Assembly: GCA_021324255.1 (NCBI GenBank)
Contig: JAJPJL010000126.1
Location: 29,855 to 93,854, forward strand
Length of the DNA: 64,000 bases
Reading direction: 5' to 3'
From: Bacillota bacterium
GTDB lineage: Bacteria; Sysuimicrobiota; Sysuimicrobiia; Sysuimicrobiales; Segetimicrobiaceae
Position 1 is the first letter of the stretch. Each line of letters begins with the position of its first letter. Shown in pieces: positions 48,631 through 56,764 of this stretch. The notes under the pieces were generated by a model. The model saw only the letters and a list, made by a program, of their open reading frames with translations. It was not told the DNA's origin and ran no database searches. Position numbers and translations under genes: made by a program.

Positions 48631-49031
48631 CCGGGCGGCCGGACGCCGCGCCGGCCAACGAGGGATCCCCGCTGCGCCGGGCCGCGTTTGAGCGCCTCGT
48701 CCAAAGGGCGCTGGACGACCTGCCGCCGGTCTTTGCCGAGCGCCTGCGCAACGTCGCCGTGCTCGTGGAGGATCGCCCGTCCGCCGAGGTGAGCGCGGAG
48801 CTCGGCGGTGACATCCTCGGCCTCTATCACGGCGCGAGCGAGCTCGAGCAGTCCCCGTTCGCCCCGTACGAGCTGCCCGAGGTGATCGTCATCTACCAGC
48901 GCAACATCGAGGCCGTCTGCGAAACCGACGCGGACGTGATCCGCGAGGTGCGCCTGACCGTCATCCACGAGATCGGGCACCATTTCGGGTTGAGCGATGC
49001 CGAGATGGAGGCCTGGGAGCAAGACGCCTAG
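48570..49031 (+). CDS. Zincin-like metallopeptidase (Zincin_1/DUF1025-type, HEIGHHFG)
   Basis: HExxH in the context (VIHEIGHHFGLSD). No ATG or GTG lies between the upstream stop and the conserved N-terminus. The TTG at 48570 overlaps the Nfu-like gene by 61 nt; a CTG at 48672 is the alternative. Confidence 0.55.
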   Translation: MGRDRAAGRVVDPAPPGRCIAGRPDAAPANEGSPLRRAAFERLVQRALDDLPPVFAERLRNVAVLVEDRPSAEVSAELGGDILGLYHGASELEQSPFAPYELPEVIVIYQRNIEAVCETDADVIREVRLTVIHEIGHHFGLSDAEMEAWEQDA

Positions 49032-49079
49032 CACCAACCAGACAGTCCCGCGGACTCTACCATCAGGCGGCCAATAGAT

Positions 49080-49135
49080 TTGACAGGCCAGGGGGCGAAC
49101 CATATACTCCCGTTGGGAGACTGACCAGTCAGTCT
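49080..49135 (+). promoter_or_regulatory. TetR autoregulatory region: promoter TTGACA-17-TATACT followed by a perfect palindromic operator AGACTGAC-ca-GTCAGTCT
   Basis: -35 at 49080-49085, -10 at 49103-49108 and the inverted repeat at 49118-49135, just upstream of the SD (AAGGGGGG) and the ATG at 49149. Confidence 0.6.
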
Positions 49136-49148
49136 AAAGGGGGGTCGG

Positions 49149-49781
49149 ATGGCAACCGCGATAGAACGGCTGGGAAGGCCCACACAACGCGAAGAGACTC
49201 GCCGCAAGATTCTCGCATCCGCCGCGCAAGTTTTCGCCGAAAAGGGCTTCTATCGCTCGGTTGTCGACGATATCGTCAAGGCGTCGGGCACCTCCAAGGG
49301 CGCCGTGTACTTCTACTTCGATAGTAAAGAGCAGATCTTCATGTCCCTCGTGGAAGACTACGCCGCGACGGTCGCGCAGGAACTGCAGATCGCCGTCCAC
49401 CGGAGCCGTGGCCTCATCGCCGAGGTCGAGGCGACCGTCGCCACGCTGATCCGGAACTTCCAGGCGCACCGCACCCTTGCCAGGATCGTGCTCGTCGACT
49501 GGCCCGCGGCCGGCGCCGAGTTTCAAGGGAAGCGGATCGCGCTCAAGACCATGCTCGTGGAAGTGCTGCGCGGCTACTTGGACCGGGCGGTGCAGGACGG
49601 CAAGATCCCCGCCCAAGACACTGAGATGGCCGCGCACGCGTGGATCGGCGCCATCGGTGAGATCGTGGCCAGGTGGCTCAACACCGGTAAGCCCAATCCG
49701 CTCGATGAGGTGCTGGCCCCGCTGACGCGCCTCCTGCTCTCCAGCGTGGGGTTTGTCGCGAGCCCGGCGGCGGCGCGGTAA
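49149..49781 (+). CDS. TetR/AcrR family transcriptional regulator
   Basis: N-terminal HTH (RRKILASAAQVFAEKGFYRSVVDDIVKASGTSKGAVYFYF). Confidence 0.9.
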   Translation: MATAIERLGRPTQREETRRKILASAAQVFAEKGFYRSVVDDIVKASGTSKGAVYFYFDSKEQIFMSLVEDYAATVAQELQIAVHRSRGLIAEVEATVATLIRNFQAHRTLARIVLVDWPAAGAEFQGKRIALKTMLVEVLRGYLDRAVQDGKIPAQDTEMAAHAWIGAIGEIVARWLNTGKPNPLDEVLAPLTRLLLSSVGFVASPAAAR

Positions 49782-49862
49782 CCCGGACCTCGCCGGCATG
49801 ACGCCCGGCCTGCCAGACGCGTGCGGTGTGCCGCCGGCCCGGCAGCGGCTCGGTAACCGCCC

Positions 49863-50441
49863 GTGACGTCGTTCCCCGCGGAGCTCGGGCCGGCGCTCCG
49901 GGCCCGGACGTGGGCTCGTATCGTCCGCGCGGCGGTGCTCCGGGGCTCCTTCACGCTCAGTTCCGGCCGGCACAGCTCATACTATATCGACAAGTATCTG
50001 TTTGAAACCGATCCCAGCGTGCTCCGCGACATCGCGCGTCTCCTCGCGCCGCTCGTCCCGGACACGGCGACCCGGCTCGTTGGCCCCGCGCTCGGAGGCG
50101 TCCCGCTCGCCACCGCGCTCGCGCTCGAGACGGGGCTCCCGTTTGTCATCGCGCGCTCGGAGGCCAAGCCCTACGGCACCGGCCGTCTCCTCGAGGGGCG
50201 GATCGAGGCGCACGATCGCGCGGTCGTGATCGAGGACGTGGTCACGACGGGGGCCCAAGCCCTCCGGGCGGCGCACGATGTCGAAGCCGCGGGCGCCGAG
50301 GTCATGCTCGTGCTCGCCGTCGTTGACCGGCACGAGGGCGGGCGCGAGCGCATCACCGCGGGCGGCTACCGGTACGAGGCCCTGTACGACCTGGGCGAGT
50401 GGTCGCTCTCGCCGGACGCCGGGCCGGCGCCGCCGGGGTGA
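49863..50441 (+). CDS. pyrE: Orotate phosphoribosyltransferase-like (type 1 PRTase)
   Basis: PRPP-binding motif (VVIEDVVTTG) and a PyrE-like N-terminus (FTLSSGRHSSYYIDKY). Confidence 0.75.
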   Translation: MTSFPAELGPALRARTWARIVRAAVLRGSFTLSSGRHSSYYIDKYLFETDPSVLRDIARLLAPLVPDTATRLVGPALGGVPLATALALETGLPFVIARSEAKPYGTGRLLEGRIEAHDRAVVIEDVVTTGAQALRAAHDVEAAGAEVMLVLAVVDRHEGGRERITAGGYRYEALYDLGEWSLSPDAGPAPPG

Positions 50442-50468
50442 CGGGTTTGCTCGTCGCCTCGTAGGAGC

Positions 50469-51206
50469 CTACGTGTTCCGGGAGCGCGTCGCGGGGTCCT
50501 GAGCACCGGCCCGCGTCGCGGCGCCGGCGCGCCGCCGAACCCCGAGCTTGTCGTAGATGTGCTCCAAATGCTTCTGCACGGTCCTCGGGCTGATGCGCAG
50601 GCCCGCCCCGATTTCGCGGTTCGTCTTGCCGGAGGCCACCAGCGATAGCACGTCGCGCTCCCGCGGATTGAGCCGGACATCGCCCGCGGCGTCGATCTGG
50701 CGCTGTGCGTCGACCAGATACGGATGCACGAGTTGCAGGAGTTCCAGGTCGCGCCCGGAAAAGTCCCGCGCCTGCCGGTCGAGCGTGACGCATCGAACGG
50801 TGCCCGCAGGCGCGGGCAGCGTCATGGCCATTTCCCATCGGATCCGCGCCGGCCGGTACAGCTCGCTGAACAGCCCCGTCCCGCTAAATGTGCGCATCGA
50901 CGTCATGTCGGTCATCCGGTGGGGACTGCCGTCGCCCGTTCGCATCTGGTGCAGGAACAACGGGTGGTCCCGGTAGTGACGGGTGAACGGGGTGCTCCCC
51001 TCCGGCAACATGGACGCCGGCACCGCGACGGTGCGGATCGCCCGCGAGGCGGGCTGCACCTCGTTGTAGCTCGTCATCTCGCACGGGATGAGGGTCCTGA
51101 GCCCCTCGAGCACCGCGGCCACGAAGGCGCCCTGCGCCGTGACGTGGCGCAGCCGCCACAAGAAGTCGAGCACGGCCCTGCCCTGGGTGATCGCCAAATG
51201 GTGCAC
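50469..51206 (-). CDS. LuxR family transcriptional regulator (C-terminal GerE-type HTH). The N-terminal extent is uncertain.
   Basis: C-terminus LNPRERDVLSLVASGKTNREIGAGLRISPRTVQKHLEHIYDKLGV. The GTG at 51206 has a GGAG upstream; the ATG at 51077 is an alternative. The ORF-track start at 51548 would overlap the plus-strand genes. Confidence 0.6.
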   Translation of the reverse strand: MHHLAITQGRAVLDFLWRLRHVTAQGAFVAAVLEGLRTLIPCEMTSYNEVQPASRAIRTVAVPASMLPEGSTPFTRHYRDHPLFLHQMRTGDGSPHRMTDMTSMRTFSGTGLFSELYRPARIRWEMAMTLPAPAGTVRCVTLDRQARDFSGRDLELLQLVHPYLVDAQRQIDAAGDVRLNPRERDVLSLVASGKTNREIGAGLRISPRTVQKHLEHIYDKLGVRRRAGAATRAGAQDPATRSRNT

Positions 51207-51344
51207 GACCGCTCCATACGCCAAACGGCGTATTGTTCCTCTACCACGCCCATGATGTAATGGCCCCACTGACCCGGGCCAGTGTCCTCGGGTCACGAAC
51301 TTCAGTTCGCGTCGGACCAGACGCGTCGACAAGGTGGTGCAGTG

Positions 51345-51569
51345 ATGGGGGTCGAGCAGCTGAAACTCAAGCGCGGACCGTGGCTCGCGATCAACTGCGG
51401 CAAGTTTCCGAGTGAAAAGAACTGCCAGCTCGTGATCATGGCGCCCGCCGGCCAGCGTGACGACCTGATCGAAGCCGCGAGTTCCCACGCCGTCAAGGTC
51501 CACGGTCACGAAGAGTCCGCCGAGTTGCGGCAGGAACTGGGGCACCATCTCGAGTCGATCGACCTCTAG
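51345..51569 (+). CDS. DUF1059-like small Cys/His protein
   Basis: C-x-G-K ... C-Q ... H-x-V-K-V-H-G-H pattern. The ATG is preceded by AAGGTGG. Confidence 0.55.
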   Translation: MGVEQLKLKRGPWLAINCGKFPSEKNCQLVIMAPAGQRDDLIEAASSHAVKVHGHEESAELRQELGHHLESIDL

Positions 51570-51586
51570 GGGCGGTGGCGACGGCC

Positions 51587-51865
51587 ATGATCGTGCACGC
51601 CACCTTTCACATCCACCCCAAGGATAAGGAACAGGCCAAGGGTGAGTTGCGGAAGTTGCGGGCCACCGTCGAACGGCACGGCGGCCGGCACTTTCGGTAC
51701 TACGCGTCGATGACGTCTGGGACGCCGAACCGGCTGTTCGTCTACGAGATCGACTCGTTCGCCCACTTCGACGCCCTGAACAACGATCCGGAATTTCGCG
51801 CCGTCAAGCTCGACTCACTGTACTCCCTCGCGGTGCAAACGACGTGGGGTGAGGTCGCCCTGTGA
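51587..51865 (+). CDS. Antibiotic biosynthesis monooxygenase (ABM) / Dabb-type small alpha-beta barrel protein
   Basis: ABM-like pattern (MIVHATFHIHPKDKEQ...LFVYEIDSFAHFDALNNDPEF). Alternative GTG at 51575. Confidence 0.6.
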   Translation: MIVHATFHIHPKDKEQAKGELRKLRATVERHGGRHFRYYASMTSGTPNRLFVYEIDSFAHFDALNNDPEFRAVKLDSLYSLAVQTTWGEVAL

Positions 51866-52002
51866 CGCACGGCGGTGCGCGGCGTCGAGTAGCGTACATA
51901 CCCCGTTGACCTGAGCGGCCGCGGCCGCCGTCGGCGATCGGGGTGTCCCGGCATCAGCACGGTTCCACCCGTCCGTACTCCTTGCGATCGGGGGCAGACA
52001 TC

Positions 52003-53388
52003 ATGACCGAGCAGGCGATTTCCGGCTTCCAACAGGCTCTCCGCGGCCGGCTCATCCAGTCGAGCGATAGCGACTACGATGCCGCGCGGGCGCTCTACAA
52101 CGCGATGATCGACAAGCGCCCGCGCCTGATCGCGCGCTGCGTGGACGTCGCGGACGTCATCGCCGCGGTGAACTTCGCGCGGGAACAGGAGCTGCTCCTT
52201 GCGATTCGCGGCGGCGGCCACAACGGCCCCGGGCTCGGGAGCTGCAACGACGGGCTCGTGATCGACCTGTCGGCGATGCGGAGCGTTCGGGTCGATCCGG
52301 GCGCCCGGACCGTCCGGGTCGACGCCGGATGCACGTCCGGCGACGTCGATCACGCGACGCATCCGTTTGGGCTCGCCGTTCCATTCGGCATCGTGTCGAG
52401 CACCGGCGTTGCCGGCCTGACGCTCGGCGGCGGCACCGGGTATCTGACTCGCAAGTACGGGCTCACGATTGACAACCTGCTCGAAGCCGATGTCGTGCTC
52501 GCCAACGGCGAGGTGGTGACGGCCAATCGGAGCCAGCATCCCGACTTGTTCTGGGCGCTCCGCGGCGGCGGCGGCAACTTCGGCGTCGTGACGAGCTTTC
52601 TGTTCCAGGCGCATCCGGTGAGCACCGTCTACGCTGGCCCGATCTTCTGGCTCGCCACGGACGCCAAAGCCGTGATGCGCGCGTATCGCGACTTCCTGCC
52701 CGCGGCGCCCGAAGAGCTCGGCGTGTTCGTGGGTCTCAAGACGGTGCCGCCCATGGACCCGTTTCCGAAGGACTACTGGGGCAAGCGCGCGTGCGCGGTG
52801 ATCGGCAGCTACAACGGCACCGCGGCGGACGGCCAGCGGGCGCTCGCGCCACTGCTCGACGCCGTGCCGCCCCCCATCTTCAACTGGATGAGCGCGATGC
52901 CGTTCCCCGCGATGCAGTCGCTGTTCGACCCGTTCTTCCCCAAGGGCCTGCAGTGGTACTGGAAGGGCGACTTCGTGAAGTCGCTCCCGGACGCCGCCAT
53001 TGATACCTATATCGAGCAGGCCGGACAGGCGCCGACCGCCTTGTGCTTGACGCACTTGTACCCGATCGATGGTGCGGTCCATCGCGTCGCGAAGGATGCT
53101 ACCGCTTGGAGCGCGCGAGACGCCACGTGGTCGATGGTCATCGCGGGGATCGACCCGAATCCGAGCGGGGCCGAGGCGTTGAAGAGGTGGGGGCGTACGT
53201 TCTGGAATGCGGTGCATCCCTTCAATCTCGAGGGCGGCTACATCAACTTCATGATGGACGACGAAGCCGAGGGGCGCCTGACGGCGACCTACGGAGCGAA
53301 CTACAAGCGCCTGGCCTCGGTCAAGGCGCGGTACGACCCGCGGAACCTGTTCCGGGTCAACCAGAACATTCAACCGGCCGCGGTCTGA
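52003..53388 (+). CDS. FAD-linked oxidase (PCMH / berberine-bridge-enzyme-like fold)
   Basis: FAD-binding PCMH motifs (RGGGHN; GLTLGGGTGYLTRKYGL; RGGGGNFGVVT). Confidence 0.85.
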   Translation: MTEQAISGFQQALRGRLIQSSDSDYDAARALYNAMIDKRPRLIARCVDVADVIAAVNFAREQELLLAIRGGGHNGPGLGSCNDGLVIDLSAMRSVRVDPGARTVRVDAGCTSGDVDHATHPFGLAVPFGIVSSTGVAGLTLGGGTGYLTRKYGLTIDNLLEADVVLANGEVVTANRSQHPDLFWALRGGGGNFGVVTSFLFQAHPVSTVYAGPIFWLATDAKAVMRAYRDFLPAAPEELGVFVGLKTVPPMDPFPKDYWGKRACAVIGSYNGTAADGQRALAPLLDAVPPPIFNWMSAMPFPAMQSLFDPFFPKGLQWYWKGDFVKSLPDAAIDTYIEQAGQAPTALCLTHLYPIDGAVHRVAKDATAWSARDATWSMVIAGIDPNPSGAEALKRWGRTFWNAVHPFNLEGGYINFMMDDEAEGRLTATYGANYKRLASVKARYDPRNLFRVNQNIQPAAV

Positions 53389-53494
53389 CGGGCCAACTCG
53401 GCCGCCGCCGTCACGCGCGGGGCCGCCTCGCGCTCGACCTGCGGCGCCCAACGGCCGCGGGGCGCGGGGCGCTTCGCACGTGAACGGACGGTGA

Positions 53495-53956
53495 TCACGA
53501 AGGGTTGGGGCGCGGCCACCACCGCCGCACGCGACGGCAATACGCTTCGTACTCGGGACCGAACGTCCGCCGGAGCGTGGGCTCCTCGTACCACACGACG
53601 AAGAGATGGGCCGCGAGCAAGAAGAGGGCGGCGTATCCCACAAGCCGCAGCGATCCGTACAAGAGCGCCGCGCCCGCCAGCGCCGCGCCCGCACCGAGGT
53701 AGATCGGATTTCGCACGAAGCGGTACGGGCCCCGAGTGACCAGGCGCCGGGGCGGATCGAACGGCGCAGGAGTCCCCTTGCCGAGCCACGCAAAGGTCAG
53801 CGCGCACCACAGGGCGAGCGCGACCCCGGCGGCCCCGAGGAGCATCCCCGCGATCTGCCGGGCTCCCATGGACGCGGGGAGATGGGCGCGCCCGTAGAAG
53901 AGGACGAGCGCGCCGAGCAGCGCCGCGTACGTCAACGCGCGACCAACCGCAAACAT
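53495..53956 (-). CDS. Isoprenylcysteine carboxyl / phospholipid methyltransferase family membrane protein
   Basis: Four transmembrane helices and the C-terminal ICMT/PEMT motif (RLVTRGPYRFVRNPIYLGA...EEP.L...FG.EY..Y). Confidence 0.7.
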   Translation of the reverse strand: MFAVGRALTYAALLGALVLFYGRAHLPASMGARQIAGMLLGAAGVALALWCALTFAWLGKGTPAPFDPPRRLVTRGPYRFVRNPIYLGAGAALAGAALLYGSLRLVGYAALFLLAAHLFVVWYEEPTLRRTFGPEYEAYCRRVRRWWPRPNPS

Positions 53957-54537
53957 GTCCGCCCCGCCTGCACGTCGATACGAGTACCGGGGCCCCCGGT
54001 TCGCCACGCGGCATGAAGAAACCCTCAGTCACTGGCCTGCATGTTCGCCGATCCCCGTATTAGGTACTCATAGTCGGACCCTATAAGGCGGCTCCTCACA
54101 GCGTCCCGGAGCGCCGTGTGCGGGACCGCCGCGGCCCGGCGCACAAGTTGATCCGCTCAAGCCGCCGTCGCGCCTCACGCCTTGGCCGGCGGGGCGGCTG
54201 TCTGGGCCTGACCCAGCGTGGCGAACAGGCCGGCACGCTTCTTCTCTCGTAGACTCCGGGTCCCAGGCTGGAACCGTAAGGGGGTCACCTCGACAACAGA
54301 AGGGAGGCGGCGTTCGCTCGTCCGGCCCCAGCGTCGCGTTGCTCCGCGCGTCGCTTCGCTCCGTTCACGACCACCGATCGCGGCGTTCACCATGGAGCGA
54401 AACGAGTGTTCATGATGAGCGAAACCAGCATCCCGTGCGAGGCGGACTGCTTGCTCCCGAAATTGCGGCGGATACTAACGGTGTTTGCCTGGGAGCTATT
54501 GGGCCTCAGCAAGACCTAGGACCATCGCGCTCCTGAG

Positions 54538-54583
54538 TTGACAGATAATTGCACGCATGATATTGTTTTACCGGGCGGTAAAA
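54538..54583 (+). promoter_or_regulatory. Island promoter TTGACA-17-TATTGT immediately followed by a perfect inverted repeat TTTTACCG-gg-CGGTAAAA (candidate autoregulatory operator)
   Basis: -35 at 54538-54543, -10 at 54561-54566 and the IR at 54566-54583, 32 nt upstream of the ATG at 54615. Confidence 0.55.
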
Positions 54584-54614
54584 TATATCAATGTAGACAA
54601 CTTTCCAAGAGACC

Positions 54615-55676
54615 ATGACAACACCAACCATCCAACAAGTGGAGAAGCTTCTCCCGTCTCTCATCCCGGGATTCAGAATCTCAAGCATGAGAAGGCAACC
54701 AAGACCCAAGTCTGGGGACATTCGACCGGACTTCCTCCTAAAGGGATACCTGAAGGGCCGCCCGGTGACCTTCGCAGTCGAAGTGAAGAGCGTTGGCGAA
54801 CCTCGTTATGTTCGACAAGCAATGAACGAGCTACAGGCGTTCAAACGGGAGAATCGAGATGTCTATCCACTCCTCATCGTACCGTACATGAGCCCGAACG
54901 CCCAGCTCTTGGCAAAGGCGGAAGGCATTGGTTTCTTGGACTTGGCCGGAAATGCGTGGCTGGACCTGGAACAAGCGTACGTCGAACGAATCGGACGGCA
55001 TCCAGAACGCGTCCCCGCACGACCGATTCGTCGAGTGTTTGCTCCTGTTTCTTCGCGAGTCATCCGCGCTCTTCTGGAGTCCCCGAAACAGACGTGGACA
55101 TTAAGCACGTTGGCTGCCGAAGCTACCGTCGGCTTGCCCCTAGCGTCCAGGGTGGTGCGGAGGCTTGCCGAGGATCGCTGGATATCCTTGAAACGCGTTG
55201 GCCGGAGAGCAGAAATCAATATTACAACGCCAGGCGAACTGCTCGAAGCGTGGGCGAGCGAATATTCTTTCCTCACAACGAACTCGGTCTCACGGTTGTA
55301 CAGCTTTGAGTCAGACCCAGGACGCCTGATGAAACAAATAGCGTCGGTTGCCAACCGAGAGCGTAAGAAGTATGCGTTTACTCTGGCGGCTGGTGCGACC
55401 CTGATAGCTCCGGCAGCGAGGATCTCGGATGTCGCACTCTACATTGAAGGAGATCTTGAGGCTTGGAAGAGCTTGCTTGACCTGAGGCCAGCGGAGACCG
55501 GTGGCAACGTCTTGATAGCTGAGCCTTTCGATGCGGGTGTCTTCTATCGAATTCAGACGCCAGCAGACCAGTTTTGGGTCGTTGGCAACGTTCAACTGTA
55601 TCTGGACCTCGTTTCGTGGAAAGGCAGAGGTGAGGAACAGGCGGAGGCGTTGCGCCGACAGAAACTAGGTTATTAA
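54615..55676 (+). CDS. AbiEi-like putative antitoxin/regulator with an unusual architecture: N-terminal PD-(D/E)xK nuclease-like motif, central winged-helix, C-terminal domain
   Basis: RPDFLL-x17-EVK matches the PD-x(n)-(D/E)-x-K motif, and IVPYMSPNAQLLAKAEGIGFLD resembles the Mrr-cat C-terminal strand. Residues about 150-205 look like a winged helix. The stop lies 3 nt before the AbiEii gene. About 50% GC. Confidence 0.55.
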   Translation: MTTPTIQQVEKLLPSLIPGFRISSMRRQPRPKSGDIRPDFLLKGYLKGRPVTFAVEVKSVGEPRYVRQAMNELQAFKRENRDVYPLLIVPYMSPNAQLLAKAEGIGFLDLAGNAWLDLEQAYVERIGRHPERVPARPIRRVFAPVSSRVIRALLESPKQTWTLSTLAAEATVGLPLASRVVRRLAEDRWISLKRVGRRAEINITTPGELLEAWASEYSFLTTNSVSRLYSFESDPGRLMKQIASVANRERKKYAFTLAAGATLIAPAARISDVALYIEGDLEAWKSLLDLRPAETGGNVLIAEPFDAGVFYRIQTPADQFWVVGNVQLYLDLVSWKGRGEEQAEALRRQKLGY

Positions 55677-55679
55677 CAC

Positions 55680-56540
55680 ATGGCCACCGACCGCGGCATT
55701 GGCCATTTTGCATCCGACACCGTCGGCGCATCTCAGTCGGTACTTCTCGAACTGGCGACAACGTTGAGAGTTTATAGAGACGCACTCGTTCTTGTGGGAG
55801 GGTGGGTCCCCTACTTTCTCATCCGAAAGTACTGGGGATCCCGCGCGCATCACGTGGGATCAATTGACATCGACTTGGCCGTGGACTTTCGACAGGTCTC
55901 CGAGGCAGAATATCGAGGCATCGTAGCGCTTCTTCGAGAGCGCGGCTACAGCCCGAAGGAAGACGTTAGCATGCCGTTTGAATTCATCCGCGCGGTACCC
56001 AGGGACGGCGGGCTTGGGCCAGTCGAAATTGCTGTTGACTTCTTATCCGGGGAATATGGCGGAACCGGCCGAGGTCATCGACATCAGCGAGCCGGCGATT
56101 TGCTCGCGCGAAAAGCGCGCGGCTGCGATGTCGTCTTCGACCACCGGTGGCTTCTCAGTCTCGAGGGTCGTCTGCCACTTGGTGCAGAGGCCCAGTGCGA
56201 CTTGTGGGTTGCTGACCTGGTCGGTTGTTTGACCACGAAAGGCATCGCAATGGCGTCGCGCTACAAGGAGAAAGACGCTTACGACATCTATATGGTCATA
56301 TCCAATCACCCACGGGGCCCGAGAGGTGCAGCGGAGGAAGTCGCGCCCAGCCTGAGCCATCCGCTCGTGACGGAGGGACTTGCTGGAATCCGCCAGCACT
56401 TTGCTTCTCCACAGAGAACTGGTCCCCAGTGGGTTGCGGACTTCTACGGGGAGACCGCGGGCGAAGCAAGAGATCGCCGAGTGACCGACGCCTACATGCG
56501 CGTTTCGGAGTTTCTGCGTGTTCTGGGTTTGGACAAGTAG
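55680..56540 (+). CDS. Nucleotidyltransferase of the AbiEii/AbiGii (DUF1814) toxin family
   Basis: Motif I LVLVGGWVPYF...GSIDIDLAV and motif III KGIAMASRYKEKDAYDIYMVI. About 286 aa. Confidence 0.8.
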   Translation: MATDRGIGHFASDTVGASQSVLLELATTLRVYRDALVLVGGWVPYFLIRKYWGSRAHHVGSIDIDLAVDFRQVSEAEYRGIVALLRERGYSPKEDVSMPFEFIRAVPRDGGLGPVEIAVDFLSGEYGGTGRGHRHQRAGDLLARKARGCDVVFDHRWLLSLEGRLPLGAEAQCDLWVADLVGCLTTKGIAMASRYKEKDAYDIYMVISNHPRGPRGAAEEVAPSLSHPLVTEGLAGIRQHFASPQRTGPQWVADFYGETAGEARDRRVTDAYMRVSEFLRVLGLDK

Positions 56541-56630
56541 AAACCAGCCTCCAGATTGGTTCGGGTCGGTTTCGGGGAGCGAGGATAGCCTCTTCTACAG
56601 CGAGAAACCCCCGGAACCCCCCTACGTTCA

Positions 56631-56660
56631 ATTGACAGTGAAAACGATGGGCGGCTATAC
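56631..56660 (+). promoter_or_regulatory. suf operon promoter TTGACA-18-TATACT
   Basis: Hexamers at 56631-56636 and 56655-56660, about 105 nt upstream of the sufC start. Confidence 0.5.
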
Positions 56661-56699
56661 TGAATCATGACTAAGTTAGTCGACAATATCAGCTTCGCG

Positions 56700-56715
56700 T
56701 CGCGGACGTGTCCGC
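56700..56715 (+). promoter_or_regulatory. Inverted repeat CGCGGAC-gt-GTCCGCG between the suf promoter and sufC (candidate operator for an Fe-S regulator)
   Basis: Perfect 7-bp arms read from the sequence. Confidence 0.35.
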
Positions 56716-56764
56716 GCGAGCGCGCCGCCGCGCGGCGGCGCGAGACGCCGGGACGGAGGGGTGA

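Noticed and set aside
50724-51260. 178-aa plus-strand ORF inside the LuxR gene region
   Set aside because: It is antisense to the LuxR-family gene, whose C-terminal HTH is unmistakable, and it is low-complexity.
53957-54614. tRNA or tmRNA as the island integration target
   Set aside because: No cloverleaf-compatible segment or conserved T-loop motif was recognisable by eye. This cannot be excluded without tRNAscan.
56667-56764. Possible upstream ORF starting at the ATG right after the suf -10
   Set aside because: It runs out of frame into sufC with no stop and has no SD. It is more likely just the 5'UTR.
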